Positions 8,259 through 17,729 are shown, numbered from the stretch's first letter. The stretch is DNA of 19,350 bases from a virus (IMGVR_UViG_2778261129_000006); one strand, 5' to 3'. The notes: a model not told the origin generated them from the letters alone. A program made the numbers and translations.

Positions 8259-10225
8259 TGAAATCATATCTCAATATCAATAGTTTGATTCTTGTTGGCG
8301 TTCGTAAAAACTACGTCACTACTTTTTATAAAGGTCTCAATGTTATCTACGGAGACTCTGACACAGGTAAGTCAAGTATTCTGGAGTTTATTAATTATCT
8401 TTTAGGTGCTAGTTCTATAGATTTAGCAGATGAAATAAAAACATCAGTAAACTATGCTGCTCTTGAAGTAGTGATCAATGATACTGTATTCACAATCGTA
8501 AGAGATATCTATGATCATAAAAAATCAATAGAAGTTTATCGTTGTAAGTTTGATGATTTACATAAACACTTTCCGAAAAAATACGCTCCTAATTATAGCC
8601 CCTTATCAAATGTTGATGGCGTTTTTTCAGAGTTTTTACTTGATAGTCTTAATTTTCCAAAAATTGAAATTAAGGTGTCTCCTTCTAAAGCACATTCACA
8701 GATGCGCAGGTTAAGCTTTAGAAATATATATAAATTTGTTTATGTAAGTCAGGATGATATTGGTAGTAAATCATTCTTACGATTGGAGGATTGGTCCCGT
8801 TACGCATTTACGAAAGAAGTTTTTAAATACATGTTCAATGTGTTGGATGAAAGCATCGCCAGACTCCAAGGTGAAATATCTGCAAAAAGTAGTTTAGTAA
8901 CGGAACTAAATAAGAAGTATCAGATAATATCTGAATTTCTTCGCGATACAGACTATGAAACAATTGAATCAATTGATGATGAGATTAATAGGATAGATCT
9001 TATTTTAGAAGAACTTGTTGCAGGTTTGTCTGCTCTCGATAAAAATATGAAAGCGGATTCCATGCAGTATACAGAATTGAAAGATGCCCACAATTTTATT
9101 TCGCTTAAATACAAGGAGTGCATATTAAATATTAGCACGCTTGAGGATAAGATTGATAAATATTCGCGGTTAAAAAATGACTATGATAATGATATTGAAA
9201 AACTCAAAGCGATTAAAACAGCAAATTCTCGCATTGGTGTATTGGATAAGGAAGTATTTTCCTGTCCGATCTGTGATAGCCACATTAAAATAGATGATTC
9301 CGATTTTCCATTTGAAATTTCATCAGAAAAAGATCTTAATGAAGAGTTGAATTCACTTAGTCGACGTAGACGAAATATTAATGACATGATCTCAGAAATG
9401 TCATTTAAATTAAAAAAAGAATCTGGTTATAAAAAAGAATTAGATGAACAACTTGACGAGTTGAGAGAGTTAATTGACGAAGAAAGCCAGTCAATGATTA
9501 CACCATTCTTGACTCAGAGAGATTTTTATATTAAAGAGATATCAAAAAACGAGAAGGTTAGGGAGCAGTTAGTAAAAGATTTGAAGGTTAGAAACCAGCA
9601 AGAGGAACTGCTTGAAAAGCATCAGGTACTGATAAAAGATATTGAAACATTAACTGAACGCTTGGATGCGTTAAAGAAAAACGCACCTAGTATGGAAGGC
9701 ATTTTACAAGGTTTAGGTGATAGATTTAGTCAGTATTTGAAGGGTATTAATATCAAAAACAGAACGGGGATAAAAATCTCTGAAAGATATTACACCCCTG
9801 TTATAAGAGGAAAGGAATATTTTAAAATAACGTCCGGAGGTTTGAGAACTATTTCTTCTATTGGGTATCTTTTGTCTATTCTTGATTATGCAATAGACCA
9901 TAATGTTAACCATCCTTTACTTTTGATATTTGATACGGTTGGTAAATATTTAGGGAAACAGACCAAGGAAAAATACTCAAAAGAAACTCTTGCAGTCGAG
10001 GATGACCTTGAGGGGATGTCAGACCCGATGAAGTATCAAAATATTTATGAGCAACTATTGAATACAGTTCAAAAAGCAGAAAGAAAAAATGTTCCGTGCC
10101 AGATTATATTAGTTGATAATGATTTGCCTAATTCGTTTTCTACTGGTGAACTTTCGAATATTATCGCTCATTATAGCTCGGTTGGTGAGGATGGTTTGCC
10201 TTTAGGTTTAATTGATGACCTTTAA
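8255..10225 (+). CDS. SMC/Rad50-like ABC ATPase with coiled-coil insert (656 aa); Lamassu LmuB-like candidate
   Basis: Degenerate Walker A YGDSDTGKSS (8348-8377). Long heptad-rich coiled-coil region with a central CPIC motif (9263-9274). ABC signature-like TSGGLR (9829-9846). Walker B-like LLLIFD followed by T, not E. CAAGGAGA SD. Confidence 0.8.
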   Translation: MMKSYLNINSLILVGVRKNYVTTFYKGLNVIYGDSDTGKSSILEFINYLLGASSIDLADEIKTSVNYAALEVVINDTVFTIVRDIYDHKKSIEVYRCKFDDLHKHFPKKYAPNYSPLSNVDGVFSEFLLDSLNFPKIEIKVSPSKAHSQMRRLSFRNIYKFVYVSQDDIGSKSFLRLEDWSRYAFTKEVFKYMFNVLDESIARLQGEISAKSSLVTELNKKYQIISEFLRDTDYETIESIDDEINRIDLILEELVAGLSALDKNMKADSMQYTELKDAHNFISLKYKECILNISTLEDKIDKYSRLKNDYDNDIEKLKAIKTANSRIGVLDKEVFSCPICDSHIKIDDSDFPFEISSEKDLNEELNSLSRRRRNINDMISEMSFKLKKESGYKKELDEQLDELRELIDEESQSMITPFLTQRDFYIKEISKNEKVREQLVKDLKVRNQQEELLEKHQVLIKDIETLTERLDALKKNAPSMEGILQGLGDRFSQYLKGINIKNRTGIKISERYYTPVIRGKEYFKITSGGLRTISSIGYLLSILDYAIDHNVNHPLLLIFDTVGKYLGKQTKEKYSKETLAVEDDLEGMSDPMKYQNIYEQLLNTVQKAERKNVPCQIILVDNDLPNSFSTGELSNIIAHYSSVGEDGLPLGLIDDL

Positions 10226-10353
10226 TACTATACATGCATTTTTTTGAATTAGATTGCATGTGGATAATGAGTCTATTTAGTGAAGGGAAGGTTTTGTGTG
10301 ACGTGACTTTCGATAAAATTCAACCGCATTAAAACCGCCCCATGAAGCGGGCG

Positions 10354-10372
10354 GGCGAGGCGGGGAAAGCAC
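10354..10372. other. cos cohesive-end site, P2-type 19-mer GGCGAGGCGGGGAAAGCAC
   Basis: Exact match to the recalled P2 cohesive end. Lies in a GC/GT-rich non-coding region between the cargo and portal gene Q, as in P2. Confidence 0.6.
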
Positions 10373-10513
10373 TGCGCGCTGGCGGTGGTGCTGATTTTAT
10401 TTTTTAGCGTCTCAGCGCGTCGTGATGGCGTTTAGATTGTGCGCCGGGGCGTTGGTGTGTCTGCGGGGTGTTTTGTGCGGTGGTGAGCGTGTGAGGGCGT
10501 GATGACGGGGTGT

Positions 10514-10535
10514 AAAAAAGCCGCCCGCAGGCGGC
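10514..10535 (-). terminator. Rho-independent terminator downstream of Q (minus strand)
   Basis: Stem gccgcc/ggcggc with a 4-nt loop (10520-10535). The A6 run at 10514-10519 on the plus strand is a U-tract after the hairpin on the minus strand. Confidence 0.5.
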
Positions 10536-10540
10536 GATGT

Positions 10541-11515
10541 TCAGCCGTTGTCAGTGTCCAGTGAGTAGTTTTTAAAGCGGATGACCTCCTGACCGAGCCA
10601 GCCGTTTATCTCACGGATCCTGTCCTGTAACGGGATAAGCTCATTGCGGACAAAGACCTTTGCCACTTTCTCAATATCACCCAGCGACCCGACGTTCTCC
10701 GGCTTGCCGCCCATCAACTGAAAGGGGATGCGGTGCGCGTCCAGCAGGTCTGCGGCACTGGCTTTTTTGATATTAAAAAAATCGTCCTTCGTCGCCACTT
10801 CACTGAGCGGGATAATTTTAATGCCGTCGGCTTTTCCCTGTGGGGCATAGAGAAACAGGTTTTTAAAGTTGTTGCGGCCTTTCGACTTCACCATGTTTTC
10901 GCGAAGCATTTCGATATCGTTGCGATCCTGCACGGCATCAGTGACGTACATGATGTATCCGGCATGTGCGCCGTTTTCGTAATACTTGCGGCGGAACAGC
11001 GTGGCCGACTCATTCAGCCAGGCAGAGTTAAGGGCGCTGAGATATTCCGGCAGGCCGTACAGCTCCTGATTAATATCGGGCTCCAGCAGGTGAAACACGG
11101 AACCGGGCGCGAAGGCTGTCGGTTCGTTGAAGGACGGCACCCACCAGTAAACATCCTCCTCCACGCCACGGCGGGTATATTTTGCCGGTGAGGTTTCCAG
11201 TCTGATGACCTTACCGGTGGTGCTGTAACGCTTTTCCAGAAACGCATTACCGAACACCAGAAAATCCAGCACAAAGCGGCTGAAATCCTGCTGGGAAAGT
11301 CGCCGAAAATCGCCAGTGTGCATCAGTTCGGTCTGTCGGAAGAAACCCGGAAAGACGGTAAGAAAATTGATTATCCGGCGCGTCCTCTGCTCGGCTTTAC
11401 CGGTGAGGATGTGCAGATGATTGAAGAGATTATCCTGGCTCACCTTGAGCGTTAGTTTTATCCAGGCAGAGGCTGATGCGCAATTAAACATTGAGCGGCC
11501 ATGCTGGTCGCTCAA
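10541..11515 (-). CDS. Q: Capsid portal protein, P2 gpQ-like; probably N-terminally truncated
   Basis: C-terminal region recalled as P2 portal. The longest frame starts only at TTG 11515 (first ATG at 11491), with an in-frame stop just upstream. 324 aa against about 344 aa recalled for P2 Q. Confidence 0.7.
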   Translation of the reverse strand: MSDQHGRSMFNCASASAWIKLTLKVSQDNLFNHLHILTGKAEQRTRRIINFLTVFPGFFRQTELMHTGDFRRLSQQDFSRFVLDFLVFGNAFLEKRYSTTGKVIRLETSPAKYTRRGVEEDVYWWVPSFNEPTAFAPGSVFHLLEPDINQELYGLPEYLSALNSAWLNESATLFRRKYYENGAHAGYIMYVTDAVQDRNDIEMLRENMVKSKGRNNFKNLFLYAPQGKADGIKIIPLSEVATKDDFFNIKKASAADLLDAHRIPFQLMGGKPENVGSLGDIEKVAKVFVRNELIPLQDRIREINGWLGQEVIRFKNYSLDTDNG

Positions 11516-11526
11516 TGTTTAGAGGC

Positions 11527-12312
11527 TTATGAGTGATTTTTATTTGATGCTTTGTATTCTACAACCTTCTTATTGGCGTAAAGGAATTTTGTATATGACA
11601 GGAATATAACCAGACCTGAAATGAAATAGATGAGGGATATTATTAATAATGCTTTTTTTTGGCTGTTATTATCTTTAATTTCCTGACTTAACCATTCCGA
11701 GTCCTCCTCGTTTAGCTGTAAGAGCTTATTGCAGGCGATCTCAGGAAGTGTGTCTTTTATAAATATGTTTCGTAGCCTCTTGCAATCGGCAAGGCTATAA
11801 GTTTTATTGAATTCAACTGTTTTATTGTTGAAGGATAAAAGAACTTTGTCACTATAAACATAGTACATCATATTTTTATATGGTATGCCTATGGCATCTC
11901 TTACTATAGCGGATTGTTTGTTGTGTATATAACATGCGAAGAGAATATAAATAATGCTGGACAGAATTACAATTATTGTTTTAATTATGTGTGGTGGTTT
12001 TGTTATGTCACCCCAGAAGCGAGTAAGAAAAAAATACGATGTTTTTAGTTTTCCATCAATCAGCCCCTGCTGTATCATTCTCACATCTTCGATGCCTGAT
12101 ACATTGATTCCGTTAATTATTTTAAATAGTTGAATGTCGCGCCATTTTTTGTCGAGCATTTTTAACTTTCTGTCTGAATACTCAAAATTGAAATGATGTG
12201 CAATAAACCTCATAAGATTACTTTTACCAAAGGTAATAAATGTTAATGCTATTAATAAAAATAGATACAAAGAGATAAACCACCACGCATTAGTCACATT
12301 ATCACTGAACAT
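11527..12312 (-). CDS. Membrane protein with three predicted TM segments (261 aa); unknown function; AT-rich cargo
   Basis: ATG at 12312 with GAGGAG SD 6 nt upstream. Hydrophobic helices at the N-terminus (WWFISLYLFLLIALTFITF), middle (IIKTIIVILSSIIYILFACYI) and C-terminus (ALLIISLIYFISGLVIFLSY). Base composition unlike the flanking phage DNA. Confidence 0.7.
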   Translation of the reverse strand: MFSDNVTNAWWFISLYLFLLIALTFITFGKSNLMRFIAHHFNFEYSDRKLKMLDKKWRDIQLFKIINGINVSGIEDVRMIQQGLIDGKLKTSYFFLTRFWGDITKPPHIIKTIIVILSSIIYILFACYIHNKQSAIVRDAIGIPYKNMMYYVYSDKVLLSFNNKTVEFNKTYSLADCKRLRNIFIKDTLPEIACNKLLQLNEEDSEWLSQEIKDNNSQKKALLIISLIYFISGLVIFLSYTKFLYANKKVVEYKASNKNHS

Positions 12313-12395
12313 TACGCTCTCCTCGAATGTTGTATGGTCGTTCTACAAATGAATCCAGATAGCATAACTTTTATATATTGTGCAATCTCACACGC

Positions 12396-12830
12396 ATGAA
12401 CACTCTCGCAAATATTCAGGAACTCGCGCGCGCACTGCGCAACATGATTCGTACCGGCCTTGTCGTCGAAACCAACCTTAAAGCCGGTCGCTGCCGTGTG
12501 CAGACCGGTGGCATGTGCACTGACTGGCTTCAGTGGCTGACCCATCGTGCCGGACGTTCGCGCACATGGTGGGCACCTTCCGTGGGGGAACAGGTGCTGA
12601 TTCTGGCTGTGGGCGGTGAACTCGACACGGCGTTCGTTCTGCCGGGGATTTATTCCGGCGATAACCCCGCGCCGTCTGCGTCGGCGGATGCCCTGCATAT
12701 CCGTTTCCCTGACGGGGCGGTGATTGAGTATGAACCCGAAACCAGTGCACTCACGGTAAGAGGAGCTTCTCTGGTGGTGTCTACGTGCTGTTGTCAGCCA
12801 GGTGGATTTGTTAATGGAACGCTTTGTTGA
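12396..12830 (+). pseudogene. V: Baseplate spike gpV fragment: first ~115 codons V-like, then unrelated sequence
   Basis: MNTLANIQELARALRNMIRTG...EYEPETSALTV as recalled for the P2 V N-terminus. The ORF then reads RGASLVVSTCCCQPGGFVNGTLC and stops; P2 V is about 211 aa. Confidence 0.7.
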
Positions 12831-13012
12831 CTTAAATCGTCGTTTGATGAAGTTGGAGACTTCAGAATAAACAAGCCTTAATGAGTATCTGCTTAAAATA
12901 GTGTTATCTACAGATCAAACTTTAGTTGATACGAGTCACTGTCCTCCCCGTAACAACTGGAGTTAAAAGATGTGATGGCATATAAATATAACATCAAATA
13001 ATTATTTTTTTT

Positions 13013-13042
13013 GCCCCTCACCCTTAATTTAGGGTGAGGGGC
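13013..13042. repeat. Perfect 11-bp inverted repeat (gcccctcaccc / gggtgaggggc) with an 8-nt loop, 3' of the glycosyltransferase gene
   Basis: Stem at 13013-13023 and 13032-13042, preceded by a T8 run on the plus strand. The T/A tract is on the wrong side for a canonical terminator on either strand. Confidence 0.5.
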
Positions 13043-13081
13043 GTCAGATACAAAGTTAGGAGTATCTGTAGTTAAGTGTTT

Positions 13082-14196
13082 TTATATTTTTTCGCAAAAA
13101 GAAGAATAATCTCCACAGATTAAGCAACTGACAAGCTCTCTTTGTGCGGGATATATTTGGGACTCATTTACAAGCCCTGTATATGGTAAGAGTGATTTAT
13201 GTATCAAGTTAAAAACGTGAGACTTCTCATTAGTTGTTAAACTTTTTTTGGATAATATGGATGCCAAGTGCTCAACGCAAATAACCAGCCATGCATTAAA
13301 CATTTTTACTATTTCTGCTTCATTTTTATTGCTTGATAAGATATAAATCAAACCTGTTTGTAATACCAAGGCTCTTTGTTTAATGGAGAAAGATGTTTTA
13401 GATAGATGTGGTTCTTCATGGCGATTCAGAGAGTAGTAGCCCTTTCTTGCCAGTATAGATATCGTATTAGCTACAGTTAGGCTCTGGCAAGAAAAAAGCA
13501 TATCCTCATAGACTGAAATTGATGGGTTAAATAAGATGTTGTTATTGATTAGCAACTCTCTTTTAAAGAACTTGAAGATTTTTAATGATCTAAAAAGATG
13601 GTTTTTTATAATATCTGCTTTATTCGTGTCTGCCTTAAATGGGCGTACAGGAACCCCTCTCCCTGTAGAGGAAACCTGCTTGAAATATACAATGTCACTA
13701 TTGTTTTTATAAGCCATCTGAATACCATCGGACAGTAAGTCAGAGTGAATGGAATCATCAGAGTCTAAGAAAAACACATAGCGACCTTTTGCGGATTTTA
13801 TTCCCTCATTTCGCGGCGCTGATGCATTCCCTGAACCAACTGCTCTACGGATAATACGATAATTTATTTCTCTCGAAATGTTATATTCAATGGCGGCAAT
13901 GCTCCTGTCAGTGGAACAGTCATCAATGAAAATAACTTCAAAACAATTTTTATCTATAGTCTGATTGTTTAAAGATTTAATGCATTCGAGAATAAGGGTT
14001 TCTCGGTTGTGAACCGGAATAACAACTGAGACATCAAAGGGATAAATAGAATTAATTTCATTAATTACCGTTGTGATTTTTAGAAGAGAAGTATGCAGGG
14101 CTGTTGTTAAAACAGCAGAAGATGAAATGTTTTCTTTTTTAGTGTTGCCTTTTATAGTATAATAAGGGCAATTATTTCGTAGTACAAAATCCACAT

Positions 14197-14200
<4 letters not shown>
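13082..14200 (-). CDS. Family-2 (GT-A fold) glycosyltransferase (372 aa from GTG)
   Basis: VSVVIPVHNRE motif, FIDDCSTD and FLDSDD (DxD) motifs. AT-rich. The only start in frame is GTG at 14200, overlapping the stop of the upstream small ORF, with no obvious SD. Confidence 0.8.
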
Positions 14201-14391
<191 letters not shown>

Positions 14392-14454
14392 TATGCAACC
14401 TCTAACGTTAATAATGTTTATGAATATTCAGAATGCTATCTCATAACATGAAGC

Positions 14455-14484
14455 ATTATATCTGAACATTGTGACATGATTTAA
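14455..14484 (-). promoter_or_regulatory. Candidate sigma70 promoter for the leader/glycosyltransferase operon
   Basis: On the minus strand: TTAAAT (14479-14484), 18-nt spacer, TATAAT (14455-14460), about 60 nt upstream of the ATG at 14391. Confidence 0.4.
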
Positions 14485-14505
14485 TGAAGTCATCAGCACA
14501 TCATG

Positions 14506-14521
14506 CTGCAATGCATTGCAG
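14506..14521. promoter_or_regulatory. Perfect 16-bp palindrome CTGCAATGCATTGCAG upstream of the candidate promoter
   Basis: Exact palindrome about 22 bp upstream of the -35 element; candidate regulator binding site. Confidence 0.3.
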
Positions 14522-14794
14522 TATAACTAACACGAGGGATTGTTTGCATGGTGATAGTTTTGTTGGTGATAAAATCAGCATAATTAAATATGTTGGCGTA
14601 CATTTTGAACATTTTTAAGCAAAGCAAATTATAAGTATAAAAATAGTTAATGTGAAGTTGTACTCATGTAAAAAGCCCCGCATTCTCTCGAAGGCGGGGA
14701 AGATTTGAAAATTAATGGTACAAATTGACGATTTCATATTCTATTCTGTATTAGAATAAAAGTGAATATAATTATTTATTTTAGGTGATTTTTT

Positions 14795-14820
14795 AAAAAA
14801 AGCCCGTGGAAGCAACGGGC
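14795..14820 (-). terminator. Rho-independent terminator-like hairpin on the minus strand with no gene upstream of it
   Basis: Stem gcccg/cgggc (14802-14806, 14816-14820) with a 9-nt loop. The A7 run at 14795-14801 is a U-tract after the hairpin on the minus strand. Confidence 0.4.
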
Positions 14821-15433
14821 ATAAAACGCGGAATTGATTAAGATCTGTATAATTTAATTTTCTGATTCTATCATGCATATCATTCACAGTGAAGTTGGTA
14901 ATTTAGTAAAACTAGTGATAATGCCACTCGGTTTGATAACAAGAGAAACCACAGCGTGGTTTCGTCGAACAGTTTATGAAGGATATTCCCCCCAAATATA
15001 CACTCGCTTTGTGCTGTAGCAGCGCAGATGCTGGTTGCTATTCTTACCGGGAACTGGGCTTACAAGGCAATAGTAGTGTGACATTCTTCATCGCGCACGT
15101 GCATATCCTGGCTGAAAATCGATGGATAGAAAATATCCGCAAAGGGAAGCGGAGCAGCATACCGTGGTGGGGGCACATGTATGGGGTGTTGGAAGTCTGA
15201 TGGATTTCTTTGTACCAGACAGCTTGTATTTTCATCTTTTCTTTGTTTCTTTGCAGGTAATTATGAGTAGCAACAAATCCTGAATGGCTGGGTATACCGC
15301 AATAAATAGAGGCGGGCAAGTTGCCCACTTTTTCTTTATCTGTTGTTTCATCCACTGCCCAGCCAGGTCAAATAGCGTCTCATGCTTCGCACAACAGAAA
15401 ATAGTTGCACCCATTAACCACGGAGTTAAACGG

Positions 15434-16624
15434 ATGAGTGACTATCATCACGGCGTGCAGGTGCTGGAGATTAACGACGGCACCCGCGTCATTTCCACCG
15501 TATCCACGGCCATTGTCGGCATGGTCTGCACGGCCAGCGATGCGGATGCGGAAACCTTCCCCGTCAATAAACCGGTGCTGATTACCAATGTACAGAGCGC
15601 AATTGCAAAGGCCGGTAAAAAAGGCACGCTGGCGGCGTCGTTGCAGGCTATCGCCGACCAGTCAAAACCGGTCACTGTTGTCGTGCGTGTGGAAGACGGC
15701 ACCGGCGACGACGAGGAAACGAAACTCGCGCAGACCGTTTCCAATATCATCGGCACCACTGACGAAAACGGTCAGTACACCGGACTGAAAGCCCTGATGG
15801 GGGCTGAGTCGGTTACCGGCGTTAAACCGCGCATTCTTGGTGTGCCGGGGCTGGACACCAAAGAGGTTGCCGTCGCACTGGCATCGGTATGCCAGGAACT
15901 GAATGCATTCGGGTATATCAGCGCATGGGGCTGTAAAACCATTTCCGAGGCAAAAGCCTACCGTCAGAATTTCAGCCAGCGTGAGCTGATGGTCATCTGG
16001 CCGGATTTCCTCGCATGGGATACGGTTACCAGTACCACTGCCACCGCGTATGCCACCGCCCGTGCGCTGGGGCTGCGTGCCAAAATCGACCAGGAGCAGG
16101 GCTGGCATAAAACGCTGTCCAACGTCGGGGTAAATGGTGTTACCGGCATCAGCGCCTCTGTATTCTGGGATTTGCAGAAGTCCGGCACTGATGCTGACCT
16201 GCTTAACGAGTCAGGCATCACTACGCTGATTCGCCGCGACGGCTTCCGCTTCTGGGGTAACCGTACCTGCTCTGATGACCCGCTGTTCCTCTTTGAAAGC
16301 TACACCCGCACCGCGCAGGTACTGGCCGACACGATGGCCGAGGCGCACATGTGGGCTATTGATAAGCCAATTACCGCAACGCTGATTCGTGACATCATTG
16401 ATGGCATTAATGCCAAATTCCGCGAACTGAAAAACAACGGTTATATCGTGGATGGCACATGCTGGTTCAGTGAAGAAGCCAATGATGCGGAAACCCTCAA
16501 GGCCGGAAAACTGTATATCGACTACGACTATACCCCGGTGCCTCCTCTCGAAAACCTGACCCTGCGCCAGCGTATTACTTCCAGATACCTGGCAAGTCTG
16601 GTTACCTCGGTTAACAGCAATTAA
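15434..16624 (+). CDS. FI: Contractile tail sheath protein, P2 gpFI-like (396 aa)
   Basis: Start at ATG 15434 (MSDYHHGVQVLEI) with GGAG SD; the ORF-track start at 15284 is an upstream extension. Sequence recalled as P2 FI along its length. Confidence 0.9.
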   Translation: MSDYHHGVQVLEINDGTRVISTVSTAIVGMVCTASDADAETFPVNKPVLITNVQSAIAKAGKKGTLAASLQAIADQSKPVTVVVRVEDGTGDDEETKLAQTVSNIIGTTDENGQYTGLKALMGAESVTGVKPRILGVPGLDTKEVAVALASVCQELNAFGYISAWGCKTISEAKAYRQNFSQRELMVIWPDFLAWDTVTSTTATAYATARALGLRAKIDQEQGWHKTLSNVGVNGVTGISASVFWDLQKSGTDADLLNESGITTLIRRDGFRFWGNRTCSDDPLFLFESYTRTAQVLADTMAEAHMWAIDKPITATLIRDIIDGINAKFRELKNNGYIVDGTCWFSEEANDAETLKAGKLYIDYDYTPVPPLENLTLRQRITSRYLASLVTSVNSN

Positions 16625-16636
16625 GGAGCCTGACCG

Positions 16637-17416
16637 ATGGCAATGCCGCGCAAACTCAAGTTAATGAACGTCTTTCTGAACGGCTACAGCTATCAGGGCG
16701 TTGCAAAGTCCGTCACGCTGCCAAAACTGACCCGTAAGCTCGAAAACTATCGCGGTGCGGGGATGAACGGCAGCGCACCGGTAGACCTCGGCCTTGATGA
16801 CGATGCGCTGTCAATGGAGTGGTCGCTCGGTGGATTCCCGGATTCGGTTATCTGGGAGCTTTACGCCGCAACCGGTGTGGATGCCGTGCCGATTCGTTTT
16901 GCAGGCTCTTACCAGCGCGACGATACAGGCGTAACGGCAAAGTGGTTACACACCAAAGACCCGAAACCGCAAAAGCAGAAGGTAAAACTGAAACGCAAAA
17001 AGAAAGAGAAACACCTGCGCGCACTGGAGCACCCGAACGCGAAACCGGTCAGGCAGAAGAAAGCGCCTAAAGTACCGGAAGCGCGTGAAGGTGAATACAT
17101 GGCCGGTGAGGCTGACAACGTTTTTGCCCTGACCACGGTATATGCCACGAAAGCGCAGGCCATGCGCGCCGCTCAGGCGAAGTGGGATAAGCTGCAACGG
17201 GGCGTTGCGGAGTTCTCCATCAGTCTGGCTACCGGTCGTGCTGATATTTACACGGAAACACCGGTTAAAGTGTCAGGCTTTAAGCGCGTCATAGACGAGC
17301 AGGACTGGACAATCACTAAGGTGACACATTTTCTGAATAATAGCGGCTTCACGACGTCCCTGGAGCTTGAGGTCAGGCTTTCTGATGTGGAGTACGAAAC
17401 AGAAGATGATGAGTGA
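16637..17416 (+). CDS. Chimeric ORF: tail tube gpFII N-terminus (~97 aa) fused in frame to a Lys-rich segment and the gpD C-terminus (259 aa)
   Basis: N-terminus MAMPRKLKLMNVFLNGYSYQGV...SYQRDDTG recalled as P2 FII (172 aa in P2). C-terminus ...WTITKVTHFLNNSGFTTSLELEVRLSDVEYETEDDE resembles the late-control D protein (yegZ-like). E, T and U are absent. Confidence 0.65.
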   Translation: MAMPRKLKLMNVFLNGYSYQGVAKSVTLPKLTRKLENYRGAGMNGSAPVDLGLDDDALSMEWSLGGFPDSVIWELYAATGVDAVPIRFAGSYQRDDTGVTAKWLHTKDPKPQKQKVKLKRKKKEKHLRALEHPNAKPVRQKKAPKVPEAREGEYMAGEADNVFALTTVYATKAQAMRAAQAKWDKLQRGVAEFSISLATGRADIYTETPVKVSGFKRVIDEQDWTITKVTHFLNNSGFTTSLELEVRLSDVEYETEDDE

Positions 17417-17497
17417 TGTTTTTATTTTATCTGTTTGTTTTATAAGGATAATTTAACTAAAATGGCACCATCAACCAAACCGGAAGAGGTGCTCGCG

Positions 17498-17716
17498 ATG
17501 TTTCATTGTCCTTTATGCCAGCATGCCGCACATGCGCGTACAAGCCGCTATATCACTGACACGACAAAAGAGCGTTATCATCAGTGCCAGAACGTGAATT
17601 GCAGCGCCACGTTCATCACTTATGAGTCGGTACAGCGATACATCGTGAAGCCGGGAGAAGTCCACGCCGTAAGACCGCACCCGTTGCCGTCAGGGCAGCA
17701 AATTATGTGGATGTAA
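17498..17716 (+). CDS. ogr: Late gene transcription activator Ogr, zinc-finger protein (72 aa)
   Basis: Start at ATG 17498 (MFHCPLCQHAAHARTSRYI...) with GAAGAGG SD; ORF-track start 17435 is an extension. Cys4 motif CPLC...CQNVNC. Last prophage gene before attR, as in P2. Confidence 0.9.
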   Translation: MFHCPLCQHAAHARTSRYITDTTKERYHQCQNVNCSATFITYESVQRYIVKPGEVHAVRPHPLPSGQQIMWM

Positions 17717-17729
17717 TTACAAACAGGAA

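Noticed and set aside
6506-9913. Minus-strand ORFs in the cargo operon (6506-6703, 7973-8248, 8953-9138, 9181-9387, 9713-9913)
   Set aside because: Antisense to the longer coupled plus-strand genes; low-complexity, AT-rich translations.
10733-11274. ORFs 10733-11191 (+) and 11014-11274 (-) inside the portal gene
   Set aside because: They overlap the Q frame, which has recognizable portal sequence.
12312-12750. Minus-strand ORFs 12312-12698 and 12478-12750 (Arg/Pro-rich)
   Set aside because: Antisense to the gpV fragment in GC-rich DNA; the ORF-track start at 12378 is a TTG upstream of the true V ATG at 12396.
15300-15433. Search for an Ogr-dependent late promoter (TGT-N12-ACA dyad) upstream of FI
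   Set aside because: No exact TGT-N12-ACA element was found by eye in this interval (nor upstream of the V fragment, where only a TGT-N11-ACA occurs), so no promoter is annotated.
15448-17197. ORFs inside or antisense to FI and the FII/D chimera (15448-15759, 15588-15788, 15662-16108, 15964-16221, 16819-17070, 16909-17163, 16946-17197)
   Set aside because: All lie within well-supported tail-gene frames in GC-rich DNA.
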